Assembly: GCA_038087875.1 (NCBI GenBank)
Contig: CM075989.1
Coordinates: 3,720,001 to 3,784,000 of the forward strand
Direction of reading: 5' to 3'
Source: Malacoraja senta
Lineage: Eukaryota
Length of the DNA: 64,000 nucleotides
The notes beneath the pieces are model-generated. The model made no database searches and was not told the origin of the DNA. It worked only from the letters and a program-made list of their open reading frames with translations. The translations under genes and the position numbers were made by a program. How positions within the stretch are numbered: the stretch's first letter is position 1; each line of letters starts with the position of its first letter. Positions 14,108 through 28,782 of this stretch are shown here, piece after piece.

Positions 14108-14811
14108 TGACGTTTCGGGTCGAGACTCAAAACGTCACCCATTCCTTCTCTCCATAGATGCTGCCTCACCCGCTGAGTTACTCCAGCATTTTGTGTCTAC
14201 CTTCGATTTTATCCAGCATCTGCAATTCTTTCTTACACATTTTTCCGTTGTTTATTTGGTTTCCTTTTCATCTTCCTACCATGGTCCTCCTATGCTGGAA
14301 ATGGAGGACTTCCTGAAGTTCTGCACGGATCATTAAATATTTGCAGGTCGGGCAGCATCATTGGAGAAAAGGAAGAGGTGATGTTTCGGGTCGAGACCCT
14401 TTTTCAGACAGAGTCGGGAGAGGGAAACTAGAGGTATGAAAAGGTACAGAACCCTGACTCTCATTCTGAAGAAGGGTCTCAAGCCGAAATGCTACCTAAT
14501 CCTTATCTCCAGAGATGCTGCCTGACCCGATGAATTACTCCAGCTTTTTGCGTCTATCTTCGGTGTCAACCAGCATATGCTGCGGCACGGTGGCACAGCG
14601 GTAGAGTTGCTGCCTCACAAAGCCAGAGACCCAGGTTCGATCCTGACTACGGGTGCTGTCTGTACGGAGTTTGGATGTTCTTCCCGTGACCACGTGGGTT
14701 TTTTCCGGGTGCTCCATTTTCCTCCCACACTCCAAAGATGTACAGGTTTGTAGGTTAACTGGCTTCAGTAAGATTGTAAATTGTCCCTAGTTTGTCGGAT
14801 ATAACCATATA

Positions 14812-15228
14812 ACCATATAACCATAACAGCACGGAAACAGGCCATCTCGGCCCTTTTTTTTTTTTTTAAATTAAAAATAAATACTTCCCCCTAGTCCCAT
14901 CTACCTGCACTCAGACCATAACCCTCCATTCCTTTCCCGTCCATATACCCATCCAATCTATTTTTAAAGGATAACATCGAACCTGCCTCCACCACTTCCA
15001 CTGGAAGCTCATTCCACACAGCTACCACTCTCTGAGTAAAGAAGTTCCCCCTAATGTTCCCCCTAAACTTCTGTCCCTTAATTCTCAAGTCATGTCCCCT
15101 TGTTTGAATCTTCCCTACTCTCAATGGGAAAAGCTTATCCACGTCCACTCTGTCTAACCCGCTCATAATTTTAAAGACCTCTATCAAGTCCCCTCTTAAC
15201 CTTCTGCGCTCCAAAGAATAAAGACCTA
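14812..15228 (-). mobile_element. CR1 LINE 3' fragment nested in a SINE
   Basis: ERRRLRGDLIEVFKIMSGLDRVD…TRGHDLRIKG, (TTATATGG)n tail. Confidence 0.85.
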
Positions 15229-18200
15229 ATGCTAGTGTACAGGGATCGCTGGTCGACGTGGACTCAGTGGGCCGAAGTACCTAAAATAAAAGTAAAGTTC
15301 CTTCCCACACATCAAATATTTTCAGTTACACTGTTCTTGTTGACTTTCAATAAATAATTCTTGGCATTTGGTTCATCAAGTTATCACAGACTAAACTGGA
15401 AAAAAATCCTGTTTATAAGTGGTAAAACTTAACGAAACCTGAGGGAGCATCAGTTAGACTGAGCCATAATACAAAACTTAAAGCAAAGGACCAAGGTGTG
15501 GTGGGCTTATGATAGAGGTGGAGATTTGGGGATGTATTATATTGGTGGGCAGTCATTTTGTCCCCATGTGCATGGCATGTACATAGCTGCCAAGTAATAC
15601 GGATTTTCCGTATTTCGTTCGGAAATGCAATACGAATATGGAAATACGAATTTGCGTTGTTAAATACGGATTTTTTTTTTTTTTTTAAACGACCATGGAT
15701 AATCGTTACAACGAGTCACCACTGCACCGGCCATGTTGCAGCAAAATCGCCTTGGAATTTTACATTTTTAAAAAGCTCGGGTTTAATGAGTACTGCAGAA
15801 AGATTGGAGTTGTTTATCACTTAATTCAACTGAGACGAAAACGATTTGTTAACTGCCACTGTTAGCACTTGTTAACTGCCAGTAGTTAACACGTCGTTAT
15901 ACAATGTGTCACCAATACATCGATCTGCATTCCTCAGTCAATATAATTGTGTTTTGACCAAGTATTAATGACGCCGCGTTCCTTTGAATAAAATTCATGG
16001 GAGAATTTCTTAAAACTTACTGTCATTAAGGGCTCCGGACCGCGAGCATGGGCTTCTTCCTGGTGTGCAGGTACAGTCATTCACCCACGTTATTTTAAGA
16101 AACAACTGCAAATGCTGGAACAATCGAAGATAAATAAAAATGCTGGAGAAACTCAGCGTGTGCGGCAGCATCTCACCCGCTGAGTTTCTCCAGCATTTTT
16201 GTCCACCCACATTATTTAGTAATTTGTACCCGTCATTTAGGGATGTTATATGAATTTTTTAAAAATAAGTTTATGTGTGTTGTTTTCTCTCTCTCCTTCA
16301 AGGTTAGTTCTTCTGTTTGCCTTTATTTGCTTCAGTTTTATTTAGTGTTATTTATCACGTTGTGGTTGTAGCTTTTGAACGATTTAAACTATCAGATTTA
16401 AAAAATTCATATAAATTCATGGCATTGCCCGAGCGCCAAATCCCTTCAGATGTACCTGCAACTGAAGCTACGGGTGGATTAGTAGACATGAAGAGGCATT
16501 GACACTTTGTTTTTATGTAGAGGGGTAATAGAGAAGGTCTCCGGACCGCGAGCTCACTGACTGAATGTTACACAGACGTCCTGCCTGAAAATCACACCCT
16601 GCCGATCAATTATTTTAGGATAAGTCTTTCTAGAGAACATGCTACTTTTTGCTTTGCCCATTTTCAAAATATAGAATTTTGAATTTGGCGTTTGATTGGT
16701 ACAAGGAGACTACAAAGCTCTTACTATCTATTTTTTTTACACACTGTAACTTTCTACATTTCTACTTTTGGGTATGTATGTGGCAATTATGGCTCATGGA
16801 ATTTTCTCCCACACTACTAATTATATTCGTAACAACATAATTAAATACGTGAAATTTTCGATCTTTCCCAACCCCTTAAAAAATGCCTGAAGAAGGGACC
16901 CGACCCTTAACGTCTCCTAGCCATTCCCTCCATAGATAGACACAAAATGCTGGAGTAACTCAGCGGGCCAGGCAGCATCTCTGGAGAGAAGGAATAGGTG
17001 ACGTTTTGGGTCGAGACCCTTCTTCGGACCCTCCATAGATCCAGCCTGACCTGCTGAGTTCTCCAACACTTTATGTTTTGCTCTTAAAATAAATCCATGG
17101 TCCGCTGAAGAAACAACACGATAGACCACTCTGGAAGTGCAAGTTTTGCCGTACACTTCATACTGTAGAACAAACCATAATACACCCTGAGTGAATCAAT
17201 GGGGTTAGATTTTTTTTTTAAATCTGTTGTCTAGAATTAATCGATGCCCACCCTATGTACTTTATATCAGATTTAAATCGGAATTCCGATTTTTTTGTTT
17301 TCCTATTTATCAATTTTTTGTGCCCGATTATTTGCCAATCAACCACTGTCTCTAAGGGGGTAGCGTCCAATCACCGATCAGCTTCCCTTAAAATTCCCAT
17401 CCAATCAACAAATCGGTCTTCTCCCGTCCAATCAGCCGCTGTCTCCAAGGGCATTGTGTCCAATCACATAATGCGCTGGTCACTCGACGGCCAATCAGAC
17501 ACAATCTCTGAGGGGCATTGCGACCAATCACTGACTAGCTTCCCTTACAGAAAGAGCGAGATGCAAGAAAGTAGCTATGACATTATAATACACAATAAAC
17601 TGTATTACAAATACACAATAAACAAGTTATACATTCTTGTACTCATACATGGTTATGACCGCACCTAAAAAAATAATTTTTTTCAGCAAAATGGCACCGC
17701 ATAAAAATACTGATTTCCTCAGCAAAATACTGATTTTCAGGTACCAGAATACTGAAATGTTCTGACAGAACTTGGCAGCTCTGCATGTACCTTCCTGCAA
17801 ACACATCACCTAGAGGAATGGGGATCAAGGTTTTAAGCACTGGTAAAGTGCAGTGAAATGCTTTATTTTACATACAACCTAGGCAGTACAGAAGTGTTGC
17901 CACGTATCTGGCACTGACAAAGTTAGAAAGTACCGAACAGTCCTATCTACTGCCTGCCATCGGACATTGCAGCAGGCCTTCCCCTGCAGGTCTCCCCCTC
18001 AGCCCCCTTCCTCCCCCTTCCTTCTCGGCGAACCCCTCTCCCCACTGGATCCTCGTTCGCTCTCGGCGCCCCATTGTTCTTGGCGGTCACTCCTTGCTCA
18101 CAGCAGCGCGGTTCCCGTTGACGCCGGTGCCTCGGGTTAGATTTGGAGTCCGCAGTGGGCGAACCAGGCCGTGGCGGGCAATCTTTGGTCCAAGGTCCGC

Positions 18201-18362
18201 GGCGATCGTGTCCTCCGCGGCGGTGAGCCATGCCTGCTTGCCGGCACACTCCCGGCACGTGGCAAAAGACCCAAAGAATTTCTGGCTGCTTTTTTTTTTT
18301 AAAGAGTAGGGCTTGTTTTGGATGTCTTGTTCTGAAATGAGTATCGACTGATTATTTTGTAG

Positions 18363-18540
18363 AAAATCGAAGAGCAGAAAAGGTGGTTAGACATGGAGAT
18401 TGAGAATGTTCTGGAACAACGAAAGGCACTTGATGACCTGGAGGAGGAGCTGAACAAACGAGAGACCATTGTGGAGAAGAAAGAAGCCTTGCTCCAGGAG
18501 AAGAATGGTCTGGAGAGCAAGCGTCTGCGATTCCAGTCAG
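18363..18540 (+). CDS. KIF7: KIF7 exon ([19 protein letters not shown]...ESKRLR[SSQ]) with an apparent +1 frameshift near its 3' end
   Basis: AG at 18361-18362, donor GTAACA at 18541. Length is 178 nt (3n+1); reads cga-ttc-cag-tca-g where R-S-S-Q (cga-tcc-agt-cag) is expected. Confidence 0.92.
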
Positions 18541-19229
18541 GTAACAAGGCTATAGTCTAGTCACGCGAGACAGTGTTCAATGGGAAAGAAGCTGAGATAC
18601 TGATGGATGATAGAATAAGGCTGAATTTAAGGTGTCAATTTAGGGTGCCCAGGTCAAGATCAGTGGCCACACCCGGCCTAGGCACCACATTTTCAGGGGG
18701 ATATCCGGTGGTATATTTCAGGTGCGCTCTCGTAATTTTCCCATGATTAAAGGAGGTGCCGGACCATTAGTTGCCGGAAAATCAGTGGCGAACCTGTACT
18801 ACTTTGATTAAGTTCCTGTAATATATTTCATCCAGAGAGCACTGTAATGGAGCTGCAGTAGAACTAAAGGGGTGGTGCAGTTAGTAGAGCAGCTACCTCA
18901 AAGCGCCGGAGACCCGGGTTCGATCCTGACCTTGGCTGCTGTCTGTGTTGAGTTTGCAAGTTCTCTCTGCGACCATGTGGGTTTCCTCCAGGTGCTCTGG
19001 TTTCCTTCCACGTCCCTCAGATGTGCGGATTAATTGGCCTCTGTAAATTGCCTCCAGTGTGTAGGGAGTGGAACGAGTGCTCGATGGTCATCGTGGTCCC
19101 GTGGGCCAAAAAGTTCAATGCTGTATCTTTCAATCAATCAAGCAATGAATAATTTAAAAGGGAGATTGTTGTTTTTATCTCATTCTAACTTTCTACTCTA
19201 TTGCTCAATGTGTTTCTCCCGTTCCTCAG

Positions 19230-19445
19230 GCTCTGAGCAATGACATTGTGAGAGTGTCGAGCCGCATTGAATCTCTGGAGAAGGAGCTGTCTGAGAAGAA
19301 TGGGCAACTGCGCGATGGCAGTGCCAATGACCAGCAGGAGGTCCGCCAGGAGATCTCCAACCTGCGGCACGAGAAGGATCAGATGATGAAGCAGCGCACC
19401 GAGCTGGATGAGAAGCTGCGGATGGGAAACCTGCTCTCAGCAGAG
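19230..19445 (+). CDS. KIF7: KIF7 exon ([28 protein letters not shown]...LLSAE)
   Basis: 216 nt, AG/GT, phase 0/0; KIF7-like sequence. Confidence 0.95.
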
Positions 19446-22400
19446 GTGCCCCACATCTACCACATCCTCTACCTTCTGAGAGAACGGCCAGCACTGGGCC
19501 TCTACATGCTGGAGTTGAGAAGGATGAGGGGGGACCTCATTGAAACTTACCCAATAGTGAAAGGCTTGGATAGATGGATGTGGAGAGGATGTTTCCACCA
19601 GTGGGGAAGTCATAGCCTCAGAATTAAAGGACGTCCCTTTAGGAAGGAAATGAAGAGGAATTTCATCAGTCAGAGGGTGGTGAATCTGTGGAATTAATTA
19701 CCACAGAAGGCTGTGGATGCCGTCAATGGATACTTTTAAGGCAGAGATAGATAAATAGGTTCTTCAGGGTGTCAGGGGTTATTGGGTGAAGGCAGGAGAA
19801 TGGGGGGGGGTGGAAGATTGCAACCTGCACGTGGTCCGCCCTGTTTCGACTAATGCAATCAACTCGACGTGCACAAACGGAAGATCAAATAGAACAAGTT
19901 GTCCAACAACTTTAGGCTGTGCACGCCACACGAAAGAAGAAGAAGAAGGAGAATGGGGTTAGGAGGGAGGGAGCGATAGATCAGATATGATTGAATGGCG
20001 GAGTAGACTTGATGGGTCTTATGGTCTAATTCTACTCCTATCACTTATGACCTTATATCAGACAAATGGCTACATTGTGCTAGCCAACTATTCTGTCTTC
20101 AGGTCCATTTATTGCAGTTGAGTGCAGAGAGTCCATGACAGTGGTGTTTAGCTGGTGTAGAATCAATTGTAGCCCACTCATTGTTTCATGGTCACAGAGG
20201 CATGGTCACAGCATGGAAACAAGCCGTTTGGCCCAACTCGTCCATGCCAACCAAGAGACCCAATCTAAGCTAGGCCCATTTCCTGTGTTTGCCTCATATC
20301 CTTTTAAACCTTTCCTACCCACTTACCTGGCCAAGTGTCTTTTAAATGTAGCTGCAGTACATGCCTCAAGTACCTCTATAGACTTCTGAGATACAGCGTG
20401 GAAGAGGCCTTCGGCCATTGTGTCCATGCTGACCAGCAACAACCCCTTACACTAACACCATCCTACACACTAGGGACATTTACAAGTAACTGAAGCCAAT
20501 TAACCTACAAACCTCAATTCAATGTGGTTCAATCAATTCAATGATACTTTCTTGTCACATGTACCTAGGTTTACAGTGCCGATGGTGAAATGTTTTATTT
20601 TGAATACACCCATGCATCTTTGAAGTTTGGAAGGAAACCGGAGCCCCACACGGTCACAGGGAGAACGTACAAACTCCGTACATACAGCACCCGTAGTCAA
20701 CCTGGGTCTCTGGCGTGGTGAGGCAGCAAATCTGCTGCGCCACAGTGCTGCCGCAATGTACCTCTTCTGGCATCTCGTCCATATACCCTCCATGGACTCA
20801 TGGCAACCAATTCTGTGAAGTTCAGTAGCAAGACCAAGCATTTTGATCTCGGGCACAGAATCCGATACAGATTCTCCTTATCCTGTTGTGCATTCAGCAC
20901 ACACACACGCACACGCACACGCAAACACCCACATCCACACACCACCCCCCCCCCCCCCATTTATAAAGTTGATATGATGCGCTCCCAATAATTCTCCCTG
21001 TACAGAATTGGTTGATAACATTTCTGTTATAAAGCGGTATATCTCCACTACCACTGTTACCAGCACAATGAGAGATCTGCTGGTATGCGAGTATATTTCA
21101 TGGTATTTTTTATTTTTAAAGGAAGCTCCTCCAATGATTGACCAATTTAATCTTTGAGCGAGTGATGGCTGAGTAAGATAATTTCACCTGGGGTGAGATC
21201 GTAGATAAAGTGAAGGCCTCTTACATTACTATGGTGTCTGTGGATTCGGAGGCCATGTAACACGTCTCCAGCTTCATGTTGCTGGTGGCAGTGGCATGAT
21301 CTTTCTTTTTACCCTCCTGTAAAAATATTGGGGGTTCATAAGAACATAGAACAGTACAAGTGGTGAATGTGTGGAACTCATTGCCACAGACGGCTGTGGA
21401 GGCCAAGTCAATGGGTATTTTTACAGCAGAGATAGATTCTTGATTAGTGTGGTTGTCGGGGGTTATGGGAAGAAGGCAGGGGAATGGGGTTGAGAGGGGA
21501 AGACAGATCAACCATGATTGAATGGCGGAGTAGGCTTGATGGGCCGAATGGCCTAATTCTGCTCCTTTCACTTATGATCACAGCACATGCCCTTCGACCC
21601 GCAATGCCTGTACCGAACATAATGCCAAGATAAACTAATCTCTGCCTGCCTGTAATCCATATCCCTCCATTCCCTGCCGATCCAAAACCCTCGCTCACCA
21701 CAGTAGACTATTACTGTCGTGTGCTTGACTTAAGTGGTCTTTACTAAGGGCTGGATTGTGCTGCATCTGCTCACCGCTATTCCCATGGTCAAATGTGCTG
21801 CTGTGGCTGTTGATGCAAATGCCCTCCATGCCTCATTGCCATGGCCATCCCTTGAAGTGCCACATGGGCAATGACAAAGCCCTAGGCCTTTGAACTGCCT
21901 TTGAACTGCTTTAAAAAAATGGTATAAAATTGTTTTAAAAACTGCTTTTCAAACAAACTGAATATGGGTTATGCTAGAGTAACTCAGTGGGTCAGGCAGC
22001 ATCTCTGGGGGAAAAAAAGGTTATGTGATGTTTCAGGTTGGAACCCTTCTTCAGACCCCAACATCACACACCCTTTTTCTCCAGAGATGTAGCCTGACCC
22101 GTTGAGTTACTCCAGCACTTTGTGTCTATCTTTGGGTATAAACTCGCATCTGCAAATTCCTTCCTACACGTGGATATGGGTTATGTGCAGGTAGATATGT
22201 GATAGCCTTGGCATCATTTTCGGCACAGACATTGTGGGCCGAAGGGCCTTTTCCTGTGCTGTAATGTTCTAGGAATACCTCTTGATGATCAGAATATTGA
22301 ACAAACTGGTCAAAAGGATTTATAATTATAAAATTTATAATTTTAGAAATACGTGTAAATAATATTACTTTAAAAACTAATTTAAGTCAGAAATAAAATA

Positions 22401-23513
22401 AAAAACATTACAAATTAAAAAAAAGTCATGTACCTATACTTAGTTTTATAATCAAGATGAGCTACCCTGGACTTTGATATTGTCAGATAATTGGCTATAC
22501 TTACCAGTTGACCCAGAAGAAAGAGCCTGTGCACACTTTCAAGTTTCTGAGAAAGTATTTAAATTTTCCATCTGTTTTGAATTGAATGTTAAGTATGTTA
22601 AGTTCAAATGTTTCCCTCGGGGCAAAAGAAAAGCTGTGCAGGAGTGGCAACTTTCTTTGTACATGTAGTACTTGCTATAAAAATAATAAGCAGTGAAGTT
22701 CTTTTCCTCTTTTGAAAATTACTTCAAGTCTGCCTCCATCATTCTTCACCCTGAGCGTTACCAAATCACCTACTGTATATACAAAAGAATGACCTGGTTT
22801 CACCTGTTTTACTGTCATTCACTTTAATTTGATTTCTGTGCCAGAAAGAGTTTCTCCCTGTTTCAGTGAAACTGCTTGTGACCTTGAATGCATCTGTCAA
22901 ATTCCCGATAAATGTTTTCAAGCCGAAGCAACTCGTTTTCTGGTCTCTGCTTAACTGAAGTCAGAGAGCCGGGTGCAATCCGGACCTTGGATGCTGTCTG
23001 TGTGGAATTTGCATGTTCTCCTAATGACCACGTGGGTTTTTCCGGATGCTCCGGTTTTCTCCCACATCCCAAAGACGTGTGGGTTTGTAGGTTAGTTGGC
23101 CTCTGAATAAATTGCTCCTAGTCTGTAGGGAGCAGGTGAGAAAGTAACATAGATCCAGTGTAAACGGGTGATTGATGGTCAGCATGGACTCAGTGGGCTT
23201 GTTTCCATGCTGTGCTTCTAAATTAAGCTAAACTAATAGATTAGACACTTTAAACCAGGCAAGCTGGAATTTGTGAAGGGAGAAACAAAATGAACATTTT
23301 GGATTAACCATGGTTCAGTGTTCAGATGATAGGTCATTATTTTGTTATTTATTTGTTGTCGTCCCCTCTCTCCCTCTTCCACTCCCACCCCTCTACTCCC
23401 TCCCCGTCTCCCCTCTCTCTCGGATCCGCTGAGTGCTGCATTTCTATATCAGATTTACGGCATTTGCAAACTTGACCTTGTGTTTCAGTGATTTTTCTAC
23501 TGTTGCTCTCCAG

Positions 23514-23720
23514 GAAGAAAGGATCCTTTTCCAGCTGGACGAGGCTATTGAGGCTCTTGATGCTGCCATAGAGTACAAGAACGAGACCATCACCCAGAGT
23601 CAGAGGGTGCTGCGTGCATCTGCCAGCATGCTGTCCCAGTGCGAAATGAACCTGATGGCCAAACTCAGCTACCTCTCAGCATCCGAGACCAGAGCACTGC
23701 TGTGCAAGTACTTTGATAAG
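23514..23720 (+). CDS. KIF7: KIF7 exon ([24 protein letters not shown]...CKYFDK)
   Basis: Highly conserved KIF7/KIF27 block; 207 nt; CAG/GTAAC. Confidence 0.96.
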
Positions 23721-25565
23721 GTAACGCTGGATTTTTAATACCCCTATCACTGCACCATCCTGGATGGAGTGGCATGGTGGTGCAGCGGTAGAGTTGCTGC
23801 CTCACAGCACCAGAGAGCCAGGTTCGATCCCTACTTCTGGGGCTGTCTGTATGGAGTTTGTTCTTCCTGTGACTGCGTGGGTTTTCTCCGGGTGCTCCAG
23901 ATACCTCCCGCCACTCCAAAAGATGTACAGGTTTGTAAGTTGATTAGCTTTGGTAACAATTGTAAATTGTCCCTATTGTGGAGGATAGTGCTAGTATATG
24001 GGGTGACTGTGGGCTGAAGGACCTGTTTCCGTGCTGTATGTCTAAAGTCTAAATTTTTTCGGAGGGTAACAGAGGAGTACATTCGAGATGCTGTCTGACC
24101 CGCTCAGTTACTCCAGCATTTTGTGTCTACATAGAGCATGTAATCTCTTCGGAGACACAAGGAACTGCAGGTGTTGGAATTGTGAGCAAAACACAAAATG
24201 CAGGAGGAACGCAGCTGATCAAGCAACATCTGTGGAGGGAATGGACAGGCAACGTTTGAAGAAGTGTCATGGAACCGTGAAAACATTTCCGGTGGTGGGA
24301 AGAGTCTAGGACCCTCAGCCTCGGAATAAAAGGATGTACCTTCAGAATGGAGATGAGGAATTTCTATAGCCAGAGGGTGGTGAATCCGTTGAATTCATTG
24401 CCACAGATGCCTGTGGAGGCCAAGTCAATGGGTATTTTTAAAGCAGAGATTGACAGGTTCTTGACTAGTAAGGGCGCCAAAGGCTGCGGGGAGAAGGCAG
24501 GGAATGGGGTTGAGGGGAAAAATAGATCATCTGTGATCGAATGGCAGAGCAGACCTGATGGGCCGAACGGCCAAATTCCGCACCTGTGTCTTATGTGTCC
24601 TGATGTGAAACAATGTCTCTCTATTCCCTCCACAGATGTCAGACCTCGTGATTCCACCAGCACTTTGTGTTTTGCACAGAAATGAGCCCTTCAGCCCAGC
24701 ACCTCCGTGCTAACCCTTTTGCCCATCTACACTAATCCCTGTTGCTCTTGAGTTTGCACGTTTAATTTCTACGTGACATTAGTAACCCTTGCATCCCCTC
24801 TCTCTCCGTCCCTCCCCCACCCTACCCATTATACTAGTCTCCACTGTCCGCCCTTTTGAGTTTCACTGTCTATAACTCGTTCTCACGCAACTTAACCCAC
24901 AGCAAACAATGGACCATTGTGGGCTCTACCTTTCCTTGATCATCATAATGTTTTGCAACATCTTTCATTCATTTGTTCTATATCTCTCGTTTCCCTTTCC
25001 CGCACTCTCAATCTGAAGAAGGGTCTCGATCCGAAACGTCACCAGTTCCTTTTCTCCAGAGATGCTGCCTAACCCTCTGAGTTGCTCCAGCTTTTTATGT
25101 CTATCTTTGGTTAGCACCACTGCTCTGGTTTGCCCTCTAGCTGTGCTGCAGTTCTAACACCAATTGACAATAGGTGCAGGAGTAGGCCATTCGGCCCTTC
25201 GAGCCAGCACCGCCATTCAATGCGATCATGGCTGATCATCCCCAATCAGTACCCCGTTCCTGCCTTCTCCCCATATCCCTGACTCCTCTATTTTTAAGAG
25301 CCCTATCTAGCTCTCTCTTGAAAGCATCCAGAGAACAGGCCTCCACCGCCCTCTGAGGCAGAGAATTCCACAGACTCGCCACTCTCTGTGAGAAAAAGGT
25401 GTTTCCTCATCTCCGTTCTAAATGGCTTACCCCTTATTCTTAAAGTGTGGCCCCTGGTTCTGGACTCCCCCAACATCGGGAACATGTTTCCTGCCCAAGC
25501 CCTTAACAATCGTGGTGTGGTGGACTGAGCAGTGCTCTAAAGCAGTGTCGCTGTGTTGACTGCAG

Positions 25566-25764
25566 GTGGTGACACTGCGTGAAGAGGAGCACAAGGTGCA
25601 GCTGGCCTTCATGGAGTTGGAGATGAGGGCAGACGAGCAGCAGAAACTCATTTACTGGCTGGAGGCAGCGCTGGAGCGGCAGCGTCTGGAGACCGATCGC
25701 TGCCTCACCTTGCAGCAGAAGGAGCACGAGCGCAACCTGCAGGTCCTGCTCCAGCACTGCCAAG
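25566..25764 (+). CDS. KIF7: KIF7 exon ([20 protein letters not shown]...LLQHCQ)
   Basis: 199 nt, AG/GT, phase 0/1; KIF7-like sequence. Confidence 0.95.
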
Positions 25765-26141
25765 GTAGTGGCTGACTACACTGCTACACAGTGGCACGTT
25801 TTACTGCGTTATCATTGTATCGTGCACCCAGGTGTGCTGATAATACAGAGGCATAATCATTAGGGTGGCACGGTGGTGCAGCGGTAGAGTTGCTGCCTTA
25901 CAGCGCCAGAGATCCAGCTTCGATCCTGACTATGGGTGTTGTCTGTACGGAGTTTTTATACGTTCTCCCTGTGATCACGTGGCTTTCCTCCGTGTGCTCC
26001 GGTTTCCTCCCACACTCCAAAGACGTACAGGTTTGTAGGTGAATTGGCTTTGGGAAAATTGTACCTAGCGGCTTAGGATAGTGCTAGTGCGGACTCGGTG
26101 GACCGATGAGCATGTTTCCGCCCTCTCTGCGTTGTGTCTTA

Positions 26142-26340
26142 AGGGCCTGTCCCACTTGGGCGTCATTTGCGCGTCACGTAGGTGGCAAGCGAAGATTTTG
26201 TGAATCCCAATATCCTGGGGCGCGCGCGCGACCGTGCCACTACCTACGCCACCACAGGCCAGGCGCGCGTAATGCACGCCGTGCAAATGATGTCGGGTAA
26301 ATGATGTAGTGTAAATGACGCCCAAGTGGGGACAGGCCCT
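26142..26340. mobile_element. PIF/Harbinger-like MITE
   Basis: TIR AGGGCCTGTCCCACTTGGGCGTCATTT, TTA TSD on both sides. Confidence 0.85.
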
Positions 26341-26341
26341 T

Positions 26342-27130
26342 TACTAACTTGACTTGAGTTTTTTGAGGAGATGACGAAGGAGATTGATGAAGGTAGGGCG
26401 GTAGATGTTGTATATGTGGATTTCAGTAAGGTTTTTGATAATATCCCCCCCCCCCCCCATGGTAGGCCGATCCAGAAGATTAAGATGCACGGGATTCACA
26501 TTGACTTGGTCGTATGGTTTCAGAACTGGCTTATGTATAGAAGACAGAAGGTTGTGGTGGTAGGAAGATATTCAGGCTGGAGGTCTGTGACCAGTGGAGT
26601 TCCGCAGGGATCTGAGCTGGGACCTCTGCTGTCTGTCATTATATATAAATGACTTGGACAATTTAGATGGGTTGGTGAGTAAGTTTGCCGACAACACCAA
26701 TCAGAGGGTTTCAGCTCCATGGAGAGGTTGGATAAACTTGGATTGTTTTCTCTGGAACATTGGAGTTGAGGCGAGACTTGGTGGAAGTATAGAACATTAT
26801 GAGAGACATAGATCAGGTCGACAGTTAAAACCTTTTTTTCCAGCGTGGAAATGTCCCAACACTAGAGGGCACAGCTGTAACATGAGAGGGGAAAGTTTAA
26901 TGGAGATGTGCGGGGTAAGTTTGGGTGGTGGGGTGCGGAGGGCATTACTAGGGGTGGTTGTGGAGGCGGATGCAATAGTGGCGTTTCAGAGGTTTTTAGA
27001 TTGGCACCGAGAAGTGGCGGGGATAGAGTGAGATGTACAGGCAGATGAGATCAGTTTAACCTGGCATCGTGTTTTACACAAACATTGTGGGCCAGAGGGC
27101 CATCATGTGCTGTACTATTTACGTTCTATG
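26342..27130 (+). mobile_element. Decayed CR1 LINE ORF2 fragment
   Basis: AVDVVYVDFSKVFD, WFQNWL, VTSGVPQGSELGPLL, SKFADNT. Confidence 0.88.
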
Positions 27131-27534
27131 TCCATCATATAGTATCCTCCAGTTATTCTCCTGTATGTTTAAAAACAATTTTTAACAACTATCATACAGA
27201 TCTATTTGTTACAATTATTAAATTCCTGCAATATATTTCATTCAGTGGGAAGCACAATGGCACAGGCAGTAAAGCCCCTGCCTCACAGCCTCTCGACCTG
27301 GATCCAATGATGGGTGCTTGATAGTTAGTGGTGACTTGGGGGGTGTGGGGTGGGTGGTGAAGTGCCTGCTTCTGTGTAGCATCTCTCTATGACTGCAGAA
27401 ACTGCTTTATATTTGACAGAGTTATCGCTAAGTGCGTACTAGCTCTATAAAGCAAAGACCTTTGGTTCAACTCCCCAGATGCACTCACTGTCGGGCAGTG
27501 ATAAGCGCGCTTTAATCAACCTGAGCACCAAGAG

Positions 27535-27975
27535 AGAGACCAAGTGTAGGCTCGGCGATCGTTTCACTGAACACCTCCGCTCAGTCCGTCCTAACCTACC
27601 TGATCTCCCAGTGGCTCAGCACTTCAACTTCCCCTCCCATTCCCAATCTGACCTTCTGTCCTGGGCCTCCTCCATTGCCAGAGTGAGGCCCAGCACAAAT
27701 TGGAGGAACAACACCTCATATTTCGCTTGGGTAGTTTACACCCCAGCGGTATGAACATTGACTTCTCTAACTTGAGATAGCCCTTGCTTTCTCTCTCCAT
27801 CTCCGACTACATTGTATCTTTGTCCCGCCCCTTCCCCTGACATTAGTCTGAAGACGGGTCTTACCAGAAACGTCGCCCATTCCTTCCCTCCAGAGATGCT
27901 GCCTCACCCGCTGAGTTACTCCAGCATTTTGTGTCTACCTTTGATTAAACCAGTATCTGCAGTTTTTTCTTACAC
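27535..27975 (+). mobile_element. Penelope-like 3' fragment (GIY-YIG end + terminal repeat)
   Basis: ETKCRLGDRFTEHLRSVRPNLPDLPVAQHFN, colinear with 40595-41016. Confidence 0.85.
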
Positions 27976-28782
27976 AATCTTTCTTTCCCAATCTGTATGC
28001 TGATGGGGAAGCCTGTCAGACTGGTACCCATTGGGAACCATGTACACAGATATATTACACTACATTACATTGACATTTACAGTGTGTAGTTACACAGGAA
28101 GAACAGCAGGATGAATGAGCAATTCATTCATGTCAATAGGACAGTATTTTTATCCAACATCAAAGCTTTTGGAAAGGAGAGAGAACATTTCCCATTCCCG
28201 TCAACTTCCCTCCTGCCAAATTCCAGCACTCACCTACACTATAAGGAAAATTTAGAGCGGTCAGTTGTCTGGCCAAACTGCAAATCTTTGGGACTTGGGA
28301 AGAAACTGGAGCATGAGGAAGAAACCTTTACAATTATAGGGAGAATGTGCAAACTCTACAGACAGCGGCAGAGGTCAGGATTGAACCCGGGTTGCTGGCA
28401 CTCCTAGTTTAGTTTAGTTTGGAGATACAGCGTGGAAATAGGCCCTTTGGCCATCCGAGTTCACGCCAACTATCTGTTCACACTAGTTGTGTGTTACCCC
28501 ACTTATTCATCCATTCCCTACACACTAAAGAGGCAATTTACAGAGGACAATTAACCTATAAGCCTGCATGTCTTTGGGATGCGTTCAGAAATCGGAGCAC
28601 CCGGAGGAAACCCACACGGTCACAGAGAGAAGGTGCAAACTCCACACAGACGGTACCCGAGGTGAGGATTGAACCGGGGTCTCTGTTGCTGTGCCAAGCT
28701 GCACCACTCCCTGGGTTCTATTCCAGTGCCATTGTGCTGCTCTCTGGATGAAATATATTACAGGATATTAACAAAAGTAGTG

